Source of the DNA: Octopus vulgaris
Taxonomy: Eukaryota
Length of the DNA stretch: 64,000 nucleotides
Assembly: GCA_951406725.2 (NCBI GenBank)
Contig: OX597819.1
Span: forward strand, 65,286,001-65,350,000
Direction of reading: 5' to 3'
The translations under genes were made by a program, and so were the position numbers. The stretch's first letter is position 1, and each line of letters opens with the position of its first letter. This document shows, one piece after another, positions 54,133-64,000 of this stretch. The notes under the pieces are model-generated. The model was not told the origin of the DNA, made no database searches, and worked only from the letters and a program-made list of their open reading frames with translations.

Positions 54133-55189
54133 GTGTATATATATAATACCTGCAAAAGGTTGTCTTCTTTTTCTACGTTGGACGTGGGTAAGCTAAACCT
54201 GCTCATCACAAAAGTATTTAACTATAACAGGCCAACTTAAATTGTTATGTTCACATAAATGTGAGGGATAATAACAGTTCAGTTTATTAAAGTAGCCAAA
54301 TGATTCGAATGCTCAGCTAATCGATCATGCAGTTCACTTACCGGCAATAATGAATATTTTGTCCCCAATTCCAAATGTAGATTGAGTCTTCTCTGAGTGA
54401 AGTTGGATTAATTAATCAACTCATTTTGGAATATATCTACATATAGAAAAAAAAATCATTAACATCTTTCGATAGAACTCAAGCAACATAGTAATCAGTT
54501 TGTTAAGTAATAACAGCATCAAGAATGAATGCAAATTTAATCACTTCCATATTGTCGGATTATTCGTATAAATTTACTGCTATCCGAAACTGAAGATAAA
54601 AAAAAATCAGTCTACGAGCATTAAAAATCAGAGGTTTACATATTGGATTCAATCTGTGCATTCGATATTAGAATTATTTATATGTAGATTGTGCAGCTAT
54701 ATCTAATTTTCTCGGTTGTTACATCCGGAATGTATTTATGAATGACTTACTTAGAATTTTGAAAAAATATCATCGAAAAAACAACGATATTCATAAATAT
54801 CTTAATTCAGTATTAATTTTAAAATAGTGGACTGAATGTAAACAAAATTTGTCAGAAGTTATAACCATGGACGCATGGATCTCAGACATTCTGTCAAAAA
54901 TGATGGAGAGGCATTTATCGTACGTCTGATAATGGCGCCTTTCAGATAATTTCTCTCTGCTATAATAAGAATAGGACACAACTATAAGCTGCAATACAGT
55001 TCTATATTTATGAGACGAGGAATTATGTACATAATTTACAAAATTTGTTCTCATCTTGTTTGTTGTTAAAGATTCCGTTGCTATACCCTCCAGACTTCAT
55101 CAGGTGTCATGGGGAAATTTGTCCGATTAAATGGAGTTGCTTGAAACGATCGTACTGCATTACCTCTGGATATCTTTATTGCTTATTTT

Positions 55190-55233
55190 AATATATATAT
55201 ATAGAGAGAGAGAGAGATAGATAGATAGATAGG

Positions 55234-55298
<65 letters not shown>

Positions 55299-55521
55299 TC
55301 ATTGATTGATTGATAGATGGATAGACCGACAGACAGAAAAACCGACAGACGGACACAGGCAGAGATATAGATTGACAGATAAATAGATAGACAGAGGGTA
55401 GAGAGATATATAGATAGAAAGATAGATAAACAGATAATTAGATAGATAGATACATGGGAGACCTGCACACAGACAGACATACGGACATACAAACAGACAG
55501 ATAGACAGACAGATTGATTGC

Positions 55522-55558
<37 letters not shown>

Positions 55559-55560
55559 AT

Positions 55561-55629
<69 letters not shown>

Positions 55630-55867
55630 AAGACAGACAGACAAACAGACAGACGGTAAAATCCGGGGGTTATGAATGGTGAGAGATTGATTATATAAAC
55701 GATGACGATGATGACGACTGCGGCGGTTGTGGTGGTGGTAGTGGAGATAATGATTATGATAAAGATGATGTTGATGATGATGATGATGGTGATATTAATG
55801 ACAACGGCGAAGTGGGGAAAGAGGAGGAAAATATCTAATAAAACGAATTCAAGTCGAGCACCAGTGC

Positions 55868-55925
<58 letters not shown>

Positions 55926-55947
55926 GTTATTGTTGTTGCTGCTGTTG

Positions 55948-56039
<92 letters not shown>

Positions 56040-56145
56040 GGTGGTGGTGGTGGTGGTGGTGGTAGTAGTAGTAGTAGTTACAGCAGCAGAAGTAGAAGCA
56101 GCAGCAGCAGTAGTAGTAGTAGTAGTAGTAGTTGTAGTAGTACAT
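55190..56145. repeat. Compound microsatellite (GATA/GATT/GACA, then GAT/TAT/GTA/GTG/GCA)
   Basis: Direct reading. Confidence 0.95.
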
Positions 56146-57109
56146 GAATGGAGTAGGTAGAGCAATAGTCAGAAATGTGACCTGACTAAGATAAAGAAAA
56201 GAAACCGTTAAAGAAATCTAGGAGACGAAAGAAGGACAAGAGAGAAAGAACCATAGTGAGAACAATTTTCAGAACTGACGTGGAATGCAGAGGCACATGG
56301 GAAATGAGTGCAAGAGAGGAAGGGTTACAGACAAGTGAGATATATACGAGGAGAATACAATAAAGATAAGTTAGCGTGAAGCTGAAGACAAGACGGAGAA
56401 AAAATTGGAAGGATAGAAACTGAATGCAGAAAAGGTGGAATGAAATAAACTAGTAAGAAAGTCAGGTAAATAGAAAGAAGCTAAATAAAGTTAGAAGGGA
56501 TGAGGGATGGCAAGAATGATAGAAATAAAGAAAGGGTAAGGCAATCGAAAGGGGTGTATAGATTGGAAGCGAAGATATAATGCGCGGGAAAATGTGTAAG
56601 CAAGCAAGCAAGCCAGAAAGATGGGTAGAAAGGCAGAAAGATTGAAAGTGTAAAGTGTAAAAGGAAAAATGAGGAGAGAAAATAAACAGAAAGTTAATAC
56701 AAGCGAAGGAGAAAAATATATAGAAATTGAAGAGAATAGAAGCGTGTAGAGAAAGTTAATAGAAAGGACAGAGGTAAAATAGATAGAAAGCTAAGATGAT
56801 AAGAGCGGGGAAAAAGTGAACGACAGCGAGAGAAAAGAGGGAAATAGCATAAGAAAATAAAAAAAAGAACGTACAATATACTTTCGTCACCTATTAACTA
56901 ACCCCACAAAGATTGATTGGTTGTCTTGATAAATTACAGGTCAACTTGAAGTCGACTTAGCTGAAATTTAGGTTATTAACTTAGCGTTGACATATCAGCT
57001 GAGATTCGTGTATCTGGAAAAAAAAACAACATAAAATCCTACATGTACCAATTATTCTTTGTTTTGTTTACTTCTCCCCTCTCTCTCTCCCTCTGTATAT
57101 ATATGTATA

Positions 57110-57141
<32 letters not shown>

Positions 57142-57255
57142 AATATAAATATATATATATATACATATATATATACATATATATATACATATATAAATAC
57201 ATATATACATACATATATATATATACATACATATATATATATGTATATGCGTATA

Positions 57256-57319
<64 letters not shown>

Positions 57320-57481
57320 CATATATATACATATATAAATACATATATACATACATATACATACATATACATACATATACATACATATACATACATATAC
57401 ATACATATACATACATACATACATATACATACATACATATACATATACATATACATACATACATATACATATACATATACA

Positions 57482-57562
<81 letters not shown>

Positions 57563-58481
57563 GTTTTCGTCCCTCTTGTTGATTTCTTTTCTTCATATCA
57601 TTAAATAAACTATCGGAACAAGAATGCTGTCTCTTCCTATTCTATAGATATTTCTAGTTAATTTTGTTTGTTGTTTTTGTGTACCTTGTGGGTTGTTTAG
57701 TTTATATTTATGACTTTTGTTTTTTTGTAGAATGTTGCATTCTTTTGGTGGGTGCTTTCTTGTTTTTCCCCTTGTTTCCATTTTCGTATTTCTTTTGGTG
57801 TAGGGGGTATATCTTTTTTAATAAGGTTACATACAAATCATTATCGACCTTCCTTTGACACATTAAAGACCAACGATAGAAAATGAGGTGCACACACATA
57901 TGCATACAAGCAAACACACAATAATGAAAAGAAAAAATGGCTGCTGCATAAACAAGCAAAAATGCACATACAAAATAAGATGGAGGATTTGTGAGGGAAA
58001 GAAGAGTTAGAGGAAACACAAAATTTACAATATTTCTTTAAACAAGGTTACATACAAACTATTATCGTTCTTCACTTTACACACACAGAAAGACTCAAAG
58101 AAAACGATGTTTGATGTATACGAAAGGAAGCAAAATGGCGGAATTCGGAGCAAAATTGTTCGAGGAAAGACAGATTTTATAACATGTCTCCGAACGAGAT
58201 TGCGTAGAAAACATTATCTGCATTCTCTTTAAATAAATACCCACAAACTCACAGAAACTCACTCACTCTCTTAGTCATACGAAAAAAACATACGTACACA
58301 ACAACACAAAGAGAATGGCACTGTTCAGATCAAAATAGTTAGAAGATAGAAACAACGCTTGGAATATTTCTTTAATATAAGAGTGCTTAGAAATCATTTG
58401 CATTCCTTTTACGCATAATCATATTCAACACATGTACGCAAATTACATACTGCAGAGACAAGCAAATGCCTTCACACAAAC

Positions 58482-58553
<72 letters not shown>

Positions 58554-59618
58554 ACGCACTCACTCAAACAGACACACAGACACACACACTCACTCAAACA
58601 CACACACAAACAAATATACAAAGACACAGACATGCATTTATATATGCACGCAAACAGTACAATATATTTAATACAACCGAAAAAGAGACAACCGTGGTAT
58701 TCAAAAGAGTTAGGAGGCAGATATTACAGTCACACAGAGGAATTACATGCGAACGAATGGAGATGAAAAGAAGCGATAGAAATAACGAAGGAAAGAAAAC
58801 AGAAATAAAAAACAGAACGAAGCAAAAGAAGAAAATTGAAGGGTAGCGTGATTTGATAAGTCGTAAGAAATAGATAGCAGATAGTTTAAATGAAACAGGC
58901 GAGAGAAGTGTCATGAAATGGTAGAGAACGCCAAAAAAAATATATATATACAATAATAAAACGAAATCAAGAAGAAATGGTAAGGGATCCTTGAAATCTA
59001 TGGCGCTATTGTTTCGTAAACAATCATGAATTTAAGAAAATGGAGTTATGAAACATTGTATTCCAGTATTTTTTGATAGTGTTCTAGACTCGCTGCTATT
59101 ATTTCTAATAATTCTGTTGATTTTCTGTAATATTTTATGAAACATCATTGTTTTTTTGTTTTACAAGCGTTTTACTTTTTTAATACTAAAAAAATAAACT
59201 GACGTCTAAACTTGATGGTAACTACCTGCATGGTTTAGAGTTTGTGTTGAAAATCATACAAGGATAACGGTAGGAACAGCATACATAGACTAAAAGAAAA
59301 TTTTGAACAATTCTGAAGATTGTGTAAGGTTATCTATGCCAGTAACAATATCTGTGAATATCAACATTAACTTTATGTCTCTCTACATATGTGTGTGTGT
59401 GTGTGTACACATAATAGCGGGGTTTAGTTCACGTATAATCTAAGTGATTAGGTATTCCAGCTAAGTGCTGTTACGGATTACTCGGGTTCCAAGGTTACAG
59501 CCGAGACGGTAGTTATGGAGCCATTGCAGGTTTCCGAGATAGCGGTTATATCATTGTTGAAGAAGACAACAAACGTTTAGGCAAAGCAAACATCTCAAGT
59601 TATATACATTATTATTAT

Positions 59619-60058
59619 TGGAAAAAATTCAAAGTCTTACAGCTGTTTCTAGGATATGCTAGAGTATGGGATATTCTATCATCAGAGACAAATATGGAAA
59701 ATGCGATTAATGAAATGACGAAATAGAGATGAGGAGCAAAGGAATAAGGAGACGAAAACAGAGAAGAAAAAAGAGCATAAATATTCAGTTAAACTTTCCG
59801 ATCTTGTAGAAATAACTCGGATTACGCCGGGTTGAGGCTAAGGACTTATGAGCTTATTTCTACAAGAAAGCTGAACCCTGAACTTCTATGCTATCTTTTC
59901 TTCTCTTTCTTCATCTCCTTATTCCATTACACCTGTACTTTATGTCGTCACTTCATTAATCTATACCCTCCTCATTTTCCCTCTTTGAGTCCGATGTCGG
60001 AATATCCCATACTCTCGGATATCCCAGAAACAGGTGTGAGACTCTGAATATTTTTCCA
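59619..60058. mobile_element. Older foldback element (arms ~59619-59729 and ~59939-60058)
   Basis: agagtatgggatattc / gaatatcccatactct and attaatgaaatgacga / tcgtcacttcattaat. Confidence 0.8.
59634..59689 (-). ncRNA. Type I hammerhead ribozyme
   Basis: GTCT-CTGATGA-TAGaATAT...ATATcCTA-GAAACAGCTGTA^-AGAC with palindromic helix III ACAGCTGT. The plus-arm copy is degenerate (ccgatgt). Confidence 0.8.
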
Positions 60059-60420
60059 GTAATAAAAATGCAAATATTTTGAGATGTTTCCCTTGCCTTA
60101 ATATTTGTTGTCCTCTTTAACAAATATACATACATACATATATACATACATATATACATACATATACATATATACATATACACATGCACACACGCATTCA
60201 TACAAACGCACATATATATGGGAGACATTAAATGTGTAAGTCTCTAAGTGCATCCAGGAGTTATGACCTGCAAGCAACGCAGCGCCCTTAAAACGAAAAA
60301 ATGTAAGGAGTTAACGGCCGACATCTGATGTGTAGCTCTCTTGAAAGTTTCTTGCCGCAACACTACTGTATATATGGTAGAGAGAAAGAAGCACGCACAT
60401 GCAAATACAGATTTACACCA

Positions 60421-60522
<102 letters not shown>

Positions 60523-62454
60523 GTTTGCTTCCCTACCTATCTATCCATGTATTTATCTATCCAATATATATATATATATATGATACATATACACATACAT
60601 ACGGAAGTAGGTACATGCATTCATACATGCATACATGCACACATAAATTCACACATATATTCACGTACACACACACATAGAACAGACGACAGTCCGTTTT
60701 GTTTTTATATTTTTTGTTTTCCTTCTTTTCTATTCTTTTTTTTTCTCAGGTGGGCAATATTTACTGGGTATTCCCAAGAGATATTTTTTCTATTAAATGT
60801 GAGTGGGTTGACTTCGTATTGTTCTATTCTGTATGATCTAATGCTGTGATATTTTTTTTTAATATCCATAACTGTGTGTACACATGAATATAGACACACA
60901 AACACGCACAAACACACACACATATATATATATACACACACTAGTGCATATGAGTGCATAAAACTCATACGTATAAATCGGTGCATTCTTTCCGCTTTAC
61001 ATTTCTTTTGTTACTATTTAATTTACATCATATTTCCTACAGTTCCTTTCAACTGCTTCTATTTTTTATATCAATAATTTTATTTGGAATTTCAGAAGAA
61101 TTGTATTTCGGAGGTGTGTATATGTGGATGCCTCTTCCATATATTTTTTCTTCTGAATAATTCTTGTTGAGATGCGTATTTTTTCCTCGTGATGCTGTTT
61201 TTTTCGACATTTGCTTCTGTTTCTTTACACTTTTGCGTTTTCGTTTTCGATTCCAACTATTCCTCTCTGTGGTTCTTCCACCCATAATTTTTTTTTCTTT
61301 TGAGAAGAATCTGGTTGGGTATTTCCTATGATATTTTTTCTCGTTTTTCTTTCATGTTTTTCTTTTTGTTTGTGTCATTTTAAGGTGCGTGGGTTGGTAT
61401 AAGCTTATCTTTTATTCTGTATAATCTAATACTTACATTTGTGCGCTGTATATTTCCTAGTCTTTTAAGCGTTGTTGCTGTATTTCCGTTTCGAGTCACG
61501 CTCCGCCTGTTATCTTCTTCTTCTTCTCTTCTTCTTCTCCTTCTTCTCTTTCTTCTTCTTTTACTTCACTTCATTTTTTCTTTTTATTCTTTCACTACTT
61601 TTTCTTTTTCCTAATGTTTTCTTCCTTTTTTCTTCATCTCTTTGATATTTTTCTGCATCTTCGACTTATTTTTTTTCCATTTCATTTTTTCTTTCCATTT
61701 ATTCGTTTACTTTTTTTTCAGCTTTTTAATTTTCTTCTATCTACAGCGTTTTCTTTTTCTCTTTCTAATATTACCCTTCTTCTCCTTCTTCTCCTCCTCC
61801 TCCTCATCCTCCCCACCTCGTCCTCCACCACCACCTCTTCCTTCTTCTTTTCCTTCTTTTTCGGCTTCTTCCTTTCCATCTCCATCTTCTCTTCCTTCTT
61901 CTCCTTCTCGTTCTGCATCTGCTTTTTCTTCTTTTTCCTTATTAAACTTCTATCACTACCAATAGTATCAATACTACCACATAAAACAACAGCATTGCAA
62001 CAGCAACAACTACTACCAATGCTACTGCTGCTGCTGCTGCCGCTGCTGCTACCGCTGCTGCTGCCGCTGCTGCTGTCACTGCTGCTGCTACTGTTTATGT
62101 TGTTGCTTTCCTTTTACATTCGTAATTATTCTGTTTCCGTTATGGTCTGTTTTGTACTTTCTACACACTAATTCTTGTAAGTTATTTTTCGAGGTTTATT
62201 TAATGGATTTATTATTTCTACTTAATTCATTTTATGAAACACGTAATTTTCCATTCATGTTATTTTTCATTTGTTTTTTAACAGAATGAGAAGAGCGGCA
62301 GGTGAGATGCATTGCGGTATTTCGCTTTAACATTCCCGAAGAGGCCAATTAACACAAGATGGACTTTACAAGAGATGTTGCTTATGATTAGTAACGATAT
62401 AATGTAGACAAAGAAGCTCAGACACTGAGAAATAAAATTCTGTTAACTTTGTAA

Positions 62455-62617
62455 TAGGCGCAGAAGCGGTTGTGTGGTAAGTAGCTTGCTTACCAACCAC
62501 ATGGTTCCGGGTTCAGTCCCAATGCTTTCCAAATTGGGATAGTGTCTTCTATTATAGCCTCGGGCCAACCAAAGCCTTGTGAGTGGATTTCGTATACAGA
62601 AACTGAAAGAAGCATTC

Positions 62618-62678
<61 letters not shown>

Positions 62679-62880
62679 GTGGGGTTGTCCCCACAACATC
62701 GCTTGACAACCAATGCTCCAGTGTTTACGTACCCGTAACTTAGCGGTTGGGCAAAGAAACCGATAGAATAAAAACTAAGGTAAGAAAGAATAAGTCCTGT
62801 GGTCGATTTGCTCGACTAAAGGCGGGGCTCAAGTATGGCCGCAGTCAAATGACTGAAACAAGTAAAAGAATAAAAGAACA
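62455..62880 (+). mobile_element. Full-length SINE family A, followed by a diverged SINE B (62900-63110)
   Basis: ggcgcagaagcggttgtgtggtaag...ggttccgggttcagtccc (A/B boxes), internal (TA)n, tail gactgaaacaagtaaaag. Confidence 0.9.
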
Positions 62881-63614
62881 AAAGAATAACATTTGTAAAA
62901 GACGGTTAGAAGAATCGTCAGCACGGCAATATTGTTTTGCTACATATCATCTTCCTTTAGGTTGTGTGTTCAAATTCCGCCGAGCATGACTTTACCTCGG
63001 ATCTTTTCGGAATCGATAAAATGAGTACAAGCTGAGAATTGTAATCTAAATAGCAGTTGAGATCTTGTGTCGATGTAATCGTCTTTCCCTCGCCCTCGAA
63101 TTTCCTGTGATAATGTCAGTGTTTGAACACTATGTGTCAATGTGAAAGAGTTTTTATAGAATCGAGTATTTTCAGGTTAGCATGTGGACAGTACCCACAA
63201 AAACAAATTACTATGCTTCCTATAAATTGGCGCATACTGGTAGCTGGTTAATGTACTTAAGAGCGTTATTTCGTAATATCTCCACACCTTCAATAATCGC
63301 ATGTACAGTTTTTTTCTTATTTGCCACATTTCTGAGACTTCTGAAATGTTTTTGCAGAACTATTACTGTCTGCTGGGATTGACATGTCAATTAGCAAGCA
63401 AAGTTAAGCAATGTGATCAATCTGCTTTTTACAAGAATTGTGTTATCTCTCTATAATTTTTACTACTTTGGCAGTCTTATATACCTACCAGTTCTTCTCA
63501 CACGAGAGTCCAAATCTATGGCATATGTTTCAGTGCAGATGCTGACTAAGTCTATCACGATTAGGAATATATTTATTTAAGGCTAACGTAGAGCATTCAG
63601 AGACGAGCTGATCA

Positions 63615-63667
<53 letters not shown>

Positions 63668-63685
63668 TATATATCTATCTATCTA

Positions 63686-63746
<61 letters not shown>

Positions 63747-63804
63747 CTTGGCTGATGAGAAATCACGCGCCTAGGTGGCGCTAAATTTTGAAACCTGTAC
63801 CAGG
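63747..63804 (+). ncRNA. Type I minimal hammerhead ribozyme directly after (TA)n
   Basis: CTTGG-CTGATGA-GAAAT cac GCGCC taggt GGCGC taa ATTTT-GAAACCTGTA^-CCAGG. Confidence 0.75.
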
Positions 63805-64000
63805 TTGACCAGCATTTACTTGTTGTGACCCATTGGAGGTAAGACATTATTGTTGTTCACTGATATTTTTTCCTATCTTGTCTGTAATATATTTGTGACT
63901 ATTCGGTGGTACAGAAGTATTTTTAACTTCTATCATTAGCGATATAGGTACTCATGTAGTACCCTTGTGTATAAATGTACATATTTAATAACGTATGTAT

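Noticed and set aside
55299-56870. Poly-T/N/V/L ORFs and purine-rich stretch
   Set aside because: Trinucleotide microsatellites and low-complexity GA-rich DNA.

Overview
AT-rich, microsatellite-saturated eukaryotic genomic DNA. The SINE families and the (TA)n/(CA)n/(GATA)n load point to a coleoid cephalopod such as Octopus (inference). Nearly all ORFs in the track are microsatellite artefacts. Real coding remnants are transposon-derived: R4/Dong-type RLE LINEs, a CR1-group LINE, mariner and MULE-like fragments. There are also a few weak host-exon candidates, three tRNA-type SINE families, a non-autonomous Helitron and a Tigger-like MITE. The main unexplained signal is a dense set of non-coding elements carrying type I hammerhead ribozyme (HHR) motifs: about 9 complete and about 10 degenerate or partial, from several unrelated sequence families. 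They sit in or beside (TA)n tracts and mostly form tail-out inverted (foldback) insertions. One is a 1.3-mer direct-repeat, retrozyme-like insertion, and one may be a hammerhead with non-canonical strand order. All folds were read by eye and coordinates are approximate.
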